64,000 nucleotides of DNA from NCBI GenBank assembly GCA_963744995.1, contig CAVUWA010000004.1, forward strand, positions 352,001-416,000, in the 5' to 3' direction. Shown here piece after piece: positions 10,411-19,850 of the stretch (positions are counted from its first letter, which is position 1; every line of letters starts with the position of its first letter). Below the pieces are notes generated by a model, which made no database searches, was not told the DNA's origin, and worked only from the letters and a program-made list of their open reading frames with translations. The translations under genes and the position numbers were made by a program. This DNA comes from Candidatus Eiseniibacteriota bacterium. Lineage in GTDB: Bacteria > Eisenbacteria > RBG-16-71-46.

Positions 10411-10491
10411 TCAGCGCGCGAGCGCGCGTTCCCGACCCCGCCGTATCCGGCCGTGCCAGCGCCACCAGCGAGTCGAGAGCGTGCGAATCAA
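10411..10491 (-). CDS. Trp-rich leader peptide, 26 aa (MIRTLSTRWWRWHGRIRRGRERALAR)
   Basis: GGAGGA RBS, TTG start, TGG TGG CGC TGG, followed by an alternative hairpin and the terminator. Confidence 0.8.
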   Translation of the reverse strand: MIRTLSTRWWRWHGRIRRGRERALAR

Positions 10492-10518
10492 GGCGTTCCT
10501 CCACGTGAAGTGCGGGAA

Positions 10519-10548
10519 AGCCTAGCATGGGGTTTCGCGGAGGGTCAA
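10519..10548 (-). promoter_or_regulatory. Promoter of the aroF leader
   Basis: TTGACC-18 nt-TAGGCT with an extended TGn. Confidence 0.65.
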
Positions 10549-10677
10549 CGACGCGGCCCGGGTCCGTCCGTGAACGCGAGCGGTGGCAGGACACGGTCGA
10601 CGCTCGCCGCCGGGCAGCCGACGATGCACCGCGCTCCTCGCCCCCTCCGCTCCGGTTCCTCACGTTCCCGAGCGTGG

Positions 10678-12003
10678 CTAACGCAGGACCGTGATCCGCG
10701 CGGTGAGCGTGCGTCCCATGGTGTCCATCCGGATCCAATAGAGCCCGGCCCCGACCGGAACGCCCCGCTCATCGCGACCGTCCCAGGGGACCTCGCTGCG
10801 GCCGGCAGCGAACGTGCGTTCGGCGAGCGCCTGCACGCGGCGTCCCGTGAGATCGTAGATGCCGATCCGCACACCGGTCGCTTCGGGCAGCGTGAAGCGA
10901 ACCCGGGTGCCGGTGTGCATCGGGTTCGGCGCGGCGCCCGCGAGCGCCAGCGTGCGCGCGGATTCCGGTGCCTCGACCTGGAGCAGCGCCTCGGGCGTCA
11001 ACCGGAAGGCATGGGTCGCCCCGTTCAGCGTGCCGAGGCCGACGATGCGGCCGTCGTCGTTGACGCCGCTCGCGCTGGACAGCAACCAGCCCGAGCCGTC
11101 CGGAATGCGGGTGTTGAGGTTCACGATCTTGACGCCGTCCCAGAGGAATGCGGCCTGTACGCCGTCGGCGCGGGTGGAGGCGCCGACGATCTCGCCCGTG
11201 TTGTTGATGCCGAACGCGGCGCTGTAGTTGCCGCCGAGCGAGCCGAGGTCGATCAGGACGCCCTCGGACCACAGGAACGCGTGGCTCACGTAGTTCGGGA
11301 TCTTCATCGACCACCCGACGACCTTGTCCGCGTCGTTCAGGGCGTACGCGTGTCCGGACCAGCCGCCGAGCGAGCCGAGGTCGATCTTCTGTCCGTCGCG
11401 CCAGAGGCACGGACGCAGGTCGCCGTTCGAGGCCTGCGCGAAGCCGCAGATGTCACCCTGCGCGTTGATCGCGTAGGCGCGGGATTCGGTCCCGCCGAGC
11501 GTACCGAGATCCTCCAGCCCGTCGCCGTGCCAGACGAAGGCGCGCTCGTGACCGCCGGGCACGGTGATGCTCGAGCCCACGACCACGCGATCGTCGTTGA
11601 TGCCGCGCGCGTCACTGAAGCCGCCGAACGTGCCGAGGTCGATCATGGCGCCCGACTTGTAGAGGAAGGCGTGGCGCTGGCCGTCCGCCAGCAGCGACCA
11701 GCCCACGGCCTCACCGTAGCGGTTGACGCCGCCCGCACTGCTCTGCAGACCGCCCAGGGTGCCGAGGTCGAGCATGGTGCCGTCTTCGTAGAGGAAAGCG
11801 TGCAGGTAGGGGCTGGCATTCACGCGCGAGAGCCCGGCCACGGTGCCGTGCGCGGCAATCGCCAGGGCACCGCTCAAATCGCCGCCCAGGGTGCCGAGGT
11901 CCTCGATCGCGTAGTTCTGCGCCCGGGCGGCCGGGACCAGCAGCGTGAGCGCCAGCACTCCGGCCGGGACGACGCGCAGGAATCGTGCGCCGATCCGCTT
12001 CAT
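10678..12003 (-). CDS. Secreted HAF-repeat beta-propeller protein with C-terminal FlgD-Ig/T9SS-like domain
   Basis: Signal peptide; repeated DLG[TS][LF]GG...IN..G.VVG.S...HAF; C-terminal PNP...IYDLTGRRV...WDGRD..G..V.AGLY. Confidence 0.9.
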   Translation of the reverse strand: MKRIGARFLRVVPAGVLALTLLVPAARAQNYAIEDLGTLGGDLSGALAIAAHGTVAGLSRVNASPYLHAFLYEDGTMLDLGTLGGLQSSAGGVNRYGEAVGWSLLADGQRHAFLYKSGAMIDLGTFGGFSDARGINDDRVVVGSSITVPGGHERAFVWHGDGLEDLGTLGGTESRAYAINAQGDICGFAQASNGDLRPCLWRDGQKIDLGSLGGWSGHAYALNDADKVVGWSMKIPNYVSHAFLWSEGVLIDLGSLGGNYSAAFGINNTGEIVGASTRADGVQAAFLWDGVKIVNLNTRIPDGSGWLLSSASGVNDDGRIVGLGTLNGATHAFRLTPEALLQVEAPESARTLALAGAAPNPMHTGTRVRFTLPEATGVRIGIYDLTGRRVQALAERTFAAGRSEVPWDGRDERGVPVGAGLYWIRMDTMGRTLTARITVLR

Positions 12004-12097
12004 GGCATGCCCTTCTCCTGCCTGCGGCCTCCGTGGCGCGGCCCGGCGGGTCACGCGACTGACACTAGCACCATTCCCGGCGTGCGGGGAGCGCGTT

Positions 12098-13159
12098 TCA
12101 GCGTTCGCGGCCGCGCAGCGCTCGCTGCCTCAGCCACACGTCCATGAGCGTGATCGCCAGCATGCTCTCGGCCACGGGCACCACCCGCGGGCAGATGCAG
12201 GGATCGTGGCGGCCCTCGATCGCGATGGTCGTGGTTCCGCCCCCTTTCTTCGCCGCGGTCTGCGGCTTGCCGATCGACGTCGCCGGCCGCACCGCGACCC
12301 GGGCGACGACCTCCGCCCCGTTCGAGATTCCGCCCGCGACGCCACCGGCGTGATTCGTCGCGAAGCGCCGGCCGTCGAAGACGTCGTTGGTCTCGGAACC
12401 GTGCAGCGCGCACATGCCGAAGCCGCCGCCGATCTCGACCCCCTTGGTCGCGGGGATCGACAGCATCGCGAGGCCGATCAGGGCGTCGAGCTTCGCCATC
12501 GTGGGGTCGCCCCAGCCCGCCGGCACGCCTTGCGCGACGACTTCGACCACGCCCCCGACCGAGTCCTTCGCGTCGCGCGCCGCCTCGATCACCGCCGCCA
12601 TCTCCGCGGCTGCCGCCGCATCCGGACAGCGCACCGGATTGTTCTCGACCTCGTTCCAGTCGCGGGCCGCGGCGCGCACGTCCGCGACCTGCACCGTGCC
12701 GCCGACGACGCTGACGCCGACGGTGCCGAGCGCCGCGCGCGCGAGCGCGCCCGCGGCGACGCGGCCCACCGTCTCGCGGCCGGACGAGCGGCCGCCGCCG
12801 CGATGGTCGCGGATGCCGTACTTCGCGAAGGTGCTGTAGTCGGCGTGTCCCGGCCGGTACACGTCCTTGAGCGCGTCGTAGTCCTTCGAGCGCTGGTCGG
12901 TGTTGCGCACGAGCATGGCGATCGGCGTGCCGAGCGTACGGCCCTCGAACCACCCGGAGAGCACCTCGACGCGATCGGCTTCCTTGCGCTGGGTGGTGAG
13001 CGCGCTCTGGCCCGGGCGGCGCCGATCGAGCTCCAGCTGGATCGCCTCGACGGCGATCTCGACCCCGGGCGGCATGCCGTCCACGACGACTCCGACGCCC
13101 GCGCCGTGCGACTCGCCGAACGTCGTCACGCGGAACAGCTGGCCGAAGGTGGACGACAT
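12098..13159 (-). CDS. aroC: Chorismate synthase
   Basis: TTFGESHG, RRRPGQS, RPGHAD, GGGRSSGRET, GGISNG, GRHDPCI. Confidence 0.98.
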   Translation of the reverse strand: MSSTFGQLFRVTTFGESHGAGVGVVVDGMPPGVEIAVEAIQLELDRRRPGQSALTTQRKEADRVEVLSGWFEGRTLGTPIAMLVRNTDQRSKDYDALKDVYRPGHADYSTFAKYGIRDHRGGGRSSGRETVGRVAAGALARAALGTVGVSVVGGTVQVADVRAAARDWNEVENNPVRCPDAAAAAEMAAVIEAARDAKDSVGGVVEVVAQGVPAGWGDPTMAKLDALIGLAMLSIPATKGVEIGGGFGMCALHGSETNDVFDGRRFATNHAGGVAGGISNGAEVVARVAVRPATSIGKPQTAAKKGGGTTTIAIEGRHDPCICPRVVPVAESMLAITLMDVWLRQRALRGRER

Positions 13160-13163
13160 CGGC

Positions 13164-13628
13164 TCAGCGCCCGCGCCTGCGGGCCGCCTTCTTGCGGCCC
13201 GGCACCTTCACCACGCCTGCGGCCGACTTGCGGAATGCCTCGATCGCGCGCTGGCGGAAGGCCAGGTGCGCCGTCACCATGCGCTCGAACTGGTACAGGT
13301 AGGTCGGCCGCACGTCGCGGCGGGCCCCGTCGATCCACGGCTTGCAGCGCTCCCAGGTCACGATGTCCTCGCCGGTGTGGTCGAAGAACAACTCGGAGTG
13401 CAGCACGCCGCGGTTGACCAGCGTCGCCACCATCTCCCAGTAGGACGTCGTCATCCGCAACCAGCGGTCCTCATCGGAGTGGCTCAGGTAGCGCGCCTTG
13501 ATCGTCGCCCAGTCCACGCCCTGAAACTCGGTCAGGAACCACTTGCGCGCGGTGCGGAGTTCGGATTCGCGGCGGACCTCGTACAGACGGAGCAGCAGTT
13601 CGGCATCGGCGTGCGTGGGTTTGCGCAT
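13164..13628 (-). CDS. Conserved hypothetical protein (DUF4760-like)
   Basis: MRKPTHADAELLLRLYEVRRE...ARKWF...SYWEMVATLV; ends 4 nt before aroC. Confidence 0.7.
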   Translation of the reverse strand: MRKPTHADAELLLRLYEVRRESELRTARKWFLTEFQGVDWATIKARYLSHSDEDRWLRMTTSYWEMVATLVNRGVLHSELFFDHTGEDIVTWERCKPWIDGARRDVRPTYLYQFERMVTAHLAFRQRAIEAFRKSAAGVVKVPGRKKAARRRGR

Positions 13629-13796
13629 GGGCGTCTCCGGGTCGGCGAGGATGGACGGTGCGAATCTATCAGGCCGCGCGGGGTCACGGAAGCCCCGCGG
13701 CACGGCGCGGCGGGCGCGGCGCCGCGCGCGGCACCCACGGCGCGCCGCCGCGGTACCGGCTTGCCATGCCCCGGCACGTCCCGCATGCTGCGCCGC

Positions 13797-16547
13797 ATGG
13801 TCGATTCCGAGCGTCCCCTGCCGATCGTCCGTCTGCTGCTCGCCGGCGTACTGCTGCTCGCGATGCTGGGCCTGTTCGTCCTGCCGAACCTCTGGATCGA
13901 GTACCGCTGGTTCCACGAGGTCGGCTATTCGCAGGTGTTCGCGACGACGCTGTGGACGCGGCTCGCGGTGCGCGCCGGATTCGGCATCGCCTTCCTCGCC
14001 GTGTTCCTCGGCAGCGTGCTCGTGGCGATCCGCGACACGCCGCCGAGCTTCGCGGCGCTGCGCGAACTGCGCGAGATGCTGCCGTCGTTGGATCAGCTGC
14101 GCCCCGTCCTGCGGCTGGTAGCCGTGCTCGGCGGCATCGGGCTGGCGTGGCTCGTGTCGCAGTGGGCCGACGGCCAGTGGCTCGAGTGGCTGCGCTTCCG
14201 CCATGCGCAACCGTTCGGGGTGACCGATCCGGTCTTCGGCCGCGACGTCGGCTTCTACGTGTTCACGCTGCCGTTCCTGCGCACCCTGGCCGGCTTCGCC
14301 GCCTTCACGGTCGCCGCGAGCGGCGTGGCGACGACGATCGTCTACGTGCTGCAGGGCCAGCTGTGGGCGCGGCCCGGCTTCCTGGCGATCACCGCGCCGG
14401 CGCGCGGGCATCTGGGGGTCCTGATCGCGCTGTTCCTGCTGACCCTGGCGGGGCACGCGGTCCTCGATCGCTTCTCGATCGTGCAGAACACGCGCGGCTT
14501 CGTGACCGGCGCCGGGTACACCGACCTGCACGCGGTGCTCCCCGCCCTGACGATCTTCGCGATCGTCACCGTGCTGGCGGCCCTGCTCGTCGCGGCGGAA
14601 TCCACGCGCGCGAGTTTCCGGCTGACGATCTTCTCGCTCGTCGCGGTGACCGCCTGTCACGTGCTGTTCGTTCAGCTCTGGCCGTTCGCGCTGCAGCGCT
14701 TCGTGGTCTCGCCCAACGAGATCGAGCGCGAGCGGCCGTACATCGCTCGCGAGATCGCGGGCACCCGCTTCGCGTACGGCCTCGACCACGTCGAGGAGGG
14801 CCGCTTCCCGGCGACCCCGGAACTGAGCGCGGCGCAGGTCGCGGCGAATGCGCGCACGATCGACAACGTGCGGCTGTGGGAGGTCGACCCACTGAGGAAG
14901 ACCAACGCGCAGCTCCAGGAAATCCGGACCTACTACGACTTCGTCGACGTGGACAACGACAGGTACGAAATCGGCGGCGAGCTCCGGCAGGTCGCCCTCT
15001 CGGCGCGGGAGCTCAACCCCGCGGCGCTGCCGGCGCGAATCTGGATCAACGAGCACCTCACCTACACGCACGGCTACGGCGCCTGCGTGGCGCCGGTCAA
15101 CCGGATCTCCCCCGAGGGCCTGCCCGAATACTTCGTCAAGAACATCCCGCCGGTTTCCTCGGTCCCGGAGCTCGAGATCAAGCGCCCCGAGATCTACTAC
15201 GGCGAGCTCGCCGCGCAGTACGCGTTCGTCAACACGCAGGCGCGCGAGTTCGATTACCCCTCCGGCGATGAGAACGTCTACACGAACTACGCCGGAAAGG
15301 GCGGCATCCGGGTGGGCGGGCTGCTGGACCGCGTCCTGCTGGCGCTGCACTTCGGCGAGCCGAAGATCGTGCTCTCGTCCGACATCCGTGCCGGCAGCCG
15401 GCTGCTGATCCACCGCCGGGTGCGCGAGCGGGTCGGTCGCATCGCGCCGTTCATCAGGTGGGAGAACGACCCGTATCTGGTGATCCGCGACGACGGCTCG
15501 CTCGTCTGGATGATCGACGGTTATACGACCAGCGACGCCCTGCCCTACGCGGCGTCGTACGGGAAGCTGGGCAACTACATCCGCAACCCCGTGAAGGCGA
15601 CCGTGGACGCCTACGACGGCACGGTCCGGCTGTGGAACGTGTCGCCGGACGAGCCCCTGGTGCGCGCCTATGCCGAGATCTTTCCCGGCGCGTTCACCGC
15701 CGCCGATTCGATGCCGGACGACCTGCGCCGCCACATGCGCTACCCGGAAGGCATGTTCTCCGTACAGGCGCAGATCTACGCCACGTACCACATGGACGAT
15801 CCGCAGGTGTTCTACAACAAGGAGGATCTGTGGCGGCTGGCGCGGCGCCAGTCGGGGCGCAGCGACGACGGCGGCGCGGTGAGCCCGTACTTCACGATCA
15901 TGAAGCTCGCGGGCATCGGCGATCAGGAGGAGTTCATCCTGATGCTGCCGTTCACTCCCGCGCGCAAGGAGAACATGATCGCGTGGATGTGCGCGCGCTG
16001 CGACCCGCCGCACTACGGCAAACTGCTCGTCTACCAGTTCCCGAAGCAGCGCCTCGTCTACGGGCCGCAGCAGATCGAATCGCGCATCAATCAGGACACC
16101 GATATCGCGAAGGAGCTCACGCTCTGGAACCAGCAGGGCTCGCAGGTGATCCGCGGCAATCTGCTGGTGGTGCCGGTGGACTCGTCGGTGGTCTACTTCC
16201 AGCCCCTGTACATCGAATCCGAGGGCCAGGCCGCGCTGCCCGAACTCAAGCGCATCCTGGTCGCGTTCGGCGACCGCATCGCCATGGAGCCCACCATGCC
16301 CGAGGCGCTGGCGCAGATCTTCGGCGAGAACGCCGGCGAGAGCGAGGCGGAGGTCTCGGAGGAAGGCACGACCGCGCGCCGGGCAGATACCGCCGGGACC
16401 ACCCCCGCCTCCGAACGGCTGCGTCAGGCGGCCGCGATCTACCGGCGCGCGCAGGCCGCCCTGCGCCGCGGCGATCTGTCGGCCTACGCGCGCGAGATCA
16501 AGTTGCTCGGCGACCTTCTGGAGGGATCGGGCGCCTCACCGCCCTGA
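13797..16547 (+). CDS. UPF0182 family membrane protein
   Basis: WF.EVGY..VF, DPVFGRDVGFYVF.LP, GAGYTD, IDNVRLW, DVDNDRY, HLTYTHGYG, NYIRN.VKATVDAYDG, VIRGNLLVVP. Confidence 0.95.
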   Translation: MVDSERPLPIVRLLLAGVLLLAMLGLFVLPNLWIEYRWFHEVGYSQVFATTLWTRLAVRAGFGIAFLAVFLGSVLVAIRDTPPSFAALRELREMLPSLDQLRPVLRLVAVLGGIGLAWLVSQWADGQWLEWLRFRHAQPFGVTDPVFGRDVGFYVFTLPFLRTLAGFAAFTVAASGVATTIVYVLQGQLWARPGFLAITAPARGHLGVLIALFLLTLAGHAVLDRFSIVQNTRGFVTGAGYTDLHAVLPALTIFAIVTVLAALLVAAESTRASFRLTIFSLVAVTACHVLFVQLWPFALQRFVVSPNEIERERPYIAREIAGTRFAYGLDHVEEGRFPATPELSAAQVAANARTIDNVRLWEVDPLRKTNAQLQEIRTYYDFVDVDNDRYEIGGELRQVALSARELNPAALPARIWINEHLTYTHGYGACVAPVNRISPEGLPEYFVKNIPPVSSVPELEIKRPEIYYGELAAQYAFVNTQAREFDYPSGDENVYTNYAGKGGIRVGGLLDRVLLALHFGEPKIVLSSDIRAGSRLLIHRRVRERVGRIAPFIRWENDPYLVIRDDGSLVWMIDGYTTSDALPYAASYGKLGNYIRNPVKATVDAYDGTVRLWNVSPDEPLVRAYAEIFPGAFTAADSMPDDLRRHMRYPEGMFSVQAQIYATYHMDDPQVFYNKEDLWRLARRQSGRSDDGGAVSPYFTIMKLAGIGDQEEFILMLPFTPARKENMIAWMCARCDPPHYGKLLVYQFPKQRLVYGPQQIESRINQDTDIAKELTLWNQQGSQVIRGNLLVVPVDSSVVYFQPLYIESEGQAALPELKRILVAFGDRIAMEPTMPEALAQIFGENAGESEAEVSEEGTTARRADTAGTTPASERLRQAAAIYRRAQAALRRGDLSAYAREIKLLGDLLEGSGASPP

Positions 16548-16600
16548 TGCACGGCAGCCGGCCGCCGTGGCAGGGCGGCACGAATCACGAGAGGTGACGC

Positions 16601-17497
16601 ATGGACACGCTGGTGACGACGTTCAATCCCGAGAAGCTGACCGCCGATCTCGTGCATTTCATTCCGCGGATCGGGGTTGCCGCGCTGGTGTTCTTCGCCT
16701 TCTGGGGGTTGCAGCGCTTCACCCGCCCGCTGCTGCGCCGGATCCTGCTGCGCGCGGGGCTGCACGAGACCCTGGTCCACATGCTGGTGGACAACATCTA
16801 CGGGATGGCGCTGATGATCCTCGGCGTGATCTCCGCCGCCGGGCAGCTCGGCATCAACGTGACCGCGGCACTCGCCGGCATCAGCGTCGCCGGCATCGCC
16901 GTCGGACTCGCCGCGCAGGACTCCCTTTCCAACATGATCGCGGGCTTCCTGATCTTCTGGGACAAGCCGTTCCACGTGGGCGACTACGTCACCGTGCTGG
17001 ACCAGTACGGGCGCGTGGTCGAGATCACGATGCGCACGACCCGCATCCGTACGCAGCAGAACACGTACCTGGTGATCCCCAACAAGAACATCATCGATTC
17101 GCCCCTGGTCAATCACAGCAAGCACGGCGACATCCGCGTCGAGGTCGAGATCGGCATCGCCTACAAGGAGTCGATCCCGGAGGCGCGCCGCGTGCTGCTC
17201 GCCGCCGTCGCGACGGTCGAGGGCGTGCTGCTGGAACCGGCGGCCGACGTCGTGGTGAAGCAGACCGGCGCCTCGAGCGTGGATCTGATCGTGCGCCTGT
17301 GGATCAACGACGCGAACATCGAACGCCGCGTCTACTACCGGGCGATGGAAGCCTGCAAACTGGCGCTCGACGAAGCCGGCATCCAGATCCCGTTCCCGCA
17401 TCTGCAGCTGTTCGTCGACAGCGTCGAAGAGCGCGTGTGGAACCGGCTCTCCGGACTGGTGCGCCCGGGCGCGGGCGGAGGGGATCATGGGCGCTGA
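16601..17497 (+). CDS. MscS-family mechanosensitive channel
   Basis: GIAVGLAAQD.LSN..AG, KPFHVGD, IPN, GIQIPFP. Confidence 0.93.
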   Translation: MDTLVTTFNPEKLTADLVHFIPRIGVAALVFFAFWGLQRFTRPLLRRILLRAGLHETLVHMLVDNIYGMALMILGVISAAGQLGINVTAALAGISVAGIAVGLAAQDSLSNMIAGFLIFWDKPFHVGDYVTVLDQYGRVVEITMRTTRIRTQQNTYLVIPNKNIIDSPLVNHSKHGDIRVEVEIGIAYKESIPEARRVLLAAVATVEGVLLEPAADVVVKQTGASSVDLIVRLWINDANIERRVYYRAMEACKLALDEAGIQIPFPHLQLFVDSVEERVWNRLSGLVRPGAGGGDHGR

Positions 17498-18692
17498 TGG
17501 CCGCGCCCGCCCGCGCCGCCGCCGGCGTCGCAAGCGCCGCCCGCGGTCTCAGCCGGGCGCCGCGCCGGGAACGCTGATCGTCGATCCCGACGCGCCGCGG
17601 CCGTCGATCTCGATGACCTCCTACGGTCCGGACGGGTTCGCCGAGACCGCCATAGAACGCGTGGCCGAAATCGTCCCGCGCATGGATGCCCACCCGGTGC
17701 ACTGGATCAACGTGGACGGGCTCGGCGACGAGGCCACGCTGCGCGAGCTGGGGGCCCTCTTCCACCTGCACCGGCTGGCGCTCGAGGACGTCATCAACAC
17801 CAACCAGCGCGCCAAGGTGGAACGCTACCCGGAACATCTCTACGTGGTCGCACATCAGGTGCACACCGAGGACGGGCTCCGCACGGAGCAGTTCAGCATG
17901 TTCGTCGGCGCGAACTACGTGCTCACGTTCCAGGAGTTCACGGGCGATCTGTTCGACGCGGTGCGCAAACGCATCCGTGACGGCCACGGCCGGATCCGCC
18001 AGGCCGGTCCCGGCTACCTCGCCTATGCCCTGCTCGATGCGATCGTCGATTTCTACTTTCCGGTGCTCGAGGAAACGGGCGAGCGGATGGAGCAGCTCGA
18101 GGACGAGGTCCTGCACCGGCCGACGCGCCGCTCGATCGCGCGCATCCACGCGATCAAGCGGAGTCTGCTGACACTGCGGCGCAGCATGTGGCCGATGCGC
18201 GACGCGTTGCACACGCTGCTGCGCGATGAATCCGCGTTCATTCAGGCGGAGGATCGCTACTACCTTCAGGATTGCTACGACCACGCCCTGCGGGTGCTGG
18301 AGATGGTCGAATCGCTCCGCGAAGTGGGCTCGAGTCTGCTGGACGTCTACCTGTCCAGCGAGAGCAACCGCATGAACGAAATCATGAAGGTCCTGACGAT
18401 GTTCGCCAGCATCTTCATTCCGCTGAGCTTCATCGCGGGTCTCTACGGGATGAACTTCGATACGTCGCGATCGCCATGGAACATGCCCGAGCTGGACTGG
18501 CGATTCGGGTATTTCTTCGCTCTCGGAATCATGGCGGCGGTCGCGATCGGGCTGCTGGTATTCTTCGCGCGCAAAGGCTGGCTCGGTGGCGACGATCTGC
18601 CGCCGGAGGACGACGACGAGGGGAGCGGGCCAGGTGCACCGCCCGGTCCTCCGCCGCCCCCCGACGCGACGCCCGGCCGGCCCGCCGCGTGA
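17487..18692 (+). CDS. corA: Magnesium/cobalt transporter CorA
   Basis: HRLALEDV, QRAKVE.Y, MNEIMKVLT, GLYGMNF, MPELDW. Confidence 0.95.
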   Translation: MGADGRARPRRRRRRKRRPRSQPGAAPGTLIVDPDAPRPSISMTSYGPDGFAETAIERVAEIVPRMDAHPVHWINVDGLGDEATLRELGALFHLHRLALEDVINTNQRAKVERYPEHLYVVAHQVHTEDGLRTEQFSMFVGANYVLTFQEFTGDLFDAVRKRIRDGHGRIRQAGPGYLAYALLDAIVDFYFPVLEETGERMEQLEDEVLHRPTRRSIARIHAIKRSLLTLRRSMWPMRDALHTLLRDESAFIQAEDRYYLQDCYDHALRVLEMVESLREVGSSLLDVYLSSESNRMNEIMKVLTMFASIFIPLSFIAGLYGMNFDTSRSPWNMPELDWRFGYFFALGIMAAVAIGLLVFFARKGWLGGDDLPPEDDDEGSGPGAPPGPPPPPDATPGRPAA

Positions 18693-18802
18693 TCGCCCGT
18701 CGCAGGGCGGTCGCCCCGCCCCGCCGCGGGCGGACGCATGGCCGCGACATCCATCACGCTCATCCGGCGCGGCCGGCCGCCCGCGCGAACCCCGGAGGTC
18801 CA

Positions 18803-19735
18803 ATGCGCTGCGCCCTGCTCATGCTGCTCATGGCACTGGCCGGCTGCGCCCCCTCGCCGGGCGTCGCCGCGGCGCCCACGTTCGACGCGTACTGGCACGA
18901 CGGCAAGGCCGAGCTCGACGGCTACCGTTTCCGCATCTCCCGCTACGGCCAGCCGCGCACCGGCGAAGCGGTCGCGGTGTTCGTGACCGAGCCGTTCAGC
19001 CGTTCGAAGCACGTGAAACTCGACCACCCGGAGCGGACGCCGGAGGACGTCGTCGACGTCCTGAAGCTGAACCTGGTGCGCGACTTCCAGACCGGCATCT
19101 ACGACTACAACACCATGGTCTCGGTATTCTCGCGCACCGACGACTTCCAGCCGGTCAAGGTGTCCATGTCGAGCGCCGAATGGTGCGGCAACGTCTACGA
19201 GGAGTGGATCGTGAACGACGCCGGCATCGACGAGCGCACGCTGAGCTACTTCGAGGGTGAGAGCGGCACGCGCACGCTGCCGCGCGAGGACGGCGTGCTC
19301 GAGGACAATCTCTACATCCTGCTGCGCGGCATGCGCGGCCCCTACCTCCCGCCCGGCGGGCACCGCACCGTCGCCTGGCTGCCCGGCACGCTGGTGAGCC
19401 GGCTTACCCACACCCCGGCGGCGTGGACCACGGCGGACATCGCGCGCGAGGCGAAGGACGCGCGCGTCACGGTACCGGCCGGCACGTTCGAGGCCGCAGT
19501 CTACGTGGTGAAGTCGCCCGCGCGCGTGGGCCGTTTCGAGATCGAATCCGCGTGGCCGCACCGTCTGCTGCGCTGGACGTGGACCTCACCCGGCGGGAAG
19601 GCGGCGTTCCCGGGCGGGGCCGACGAGAGCGCCGAGCTCACCGGCAGCGCGCGGCTCGAGTACTGGAAGCTGCACGACAACGGCGACGAGCGCTATCGCG
19701 AGCAGCTCGGCCTGTCGACGCGGGCGCGCGACTGA
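18803..19735 (+). CDS. Hypothetical lipoprotein
   Basis: GGAGG RBS, lipobox LAGC; YWHDGKAEL, VTEPF, VLKLN, FQTGIYDY, EWCG. Confidence 0.75.
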   Translation: MRCALLMLLMALAGCAPSPGVAAAPTFDAYWHDGKAELDGYRFRISRYGQPRTGEAVAVFVTEPFSRSKHVKLDHPERTPEDVVDVLKLNLVRDFQTGIYDYNTMVSVFSRTDDFQPVKVSMSSAEWCGNVYEEWIVNDAGIDERTLSYFEGESGTRTLPREDGVLEDNLYILLRGMRGPYLPPGGHRTVAWLPGTLVSRLTHTPAAWTTADIAREAKDARVTVPAGTFEAAVYVVKSPARVGRFEIESAWPHRLLRWTWTSPGGKAAFPGGADESAELTGSARLEYWKLHDNGDERYREQLGLSTRARD

Positions 19736-19850
19736 GATGCCGCGAGCCGCCGCGCGGCGCCGCGCCGGCCGCCCGCACCACCCGGCCGGGACGGCTTCGG
19801 CTGCAGCCGCCCCGCCGCGATCCGCCGCCGGGGGCGCGCCCGCGCGGCGG

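Noticed and set aside
11000..11910. Regularly spaced GCCGAGGTC-like nucleotide repeats resembling an array
   Set aside because: They encode DLG[TS]LGG HAF protein repeats; degenerate, not CRISPR, and no cas genes
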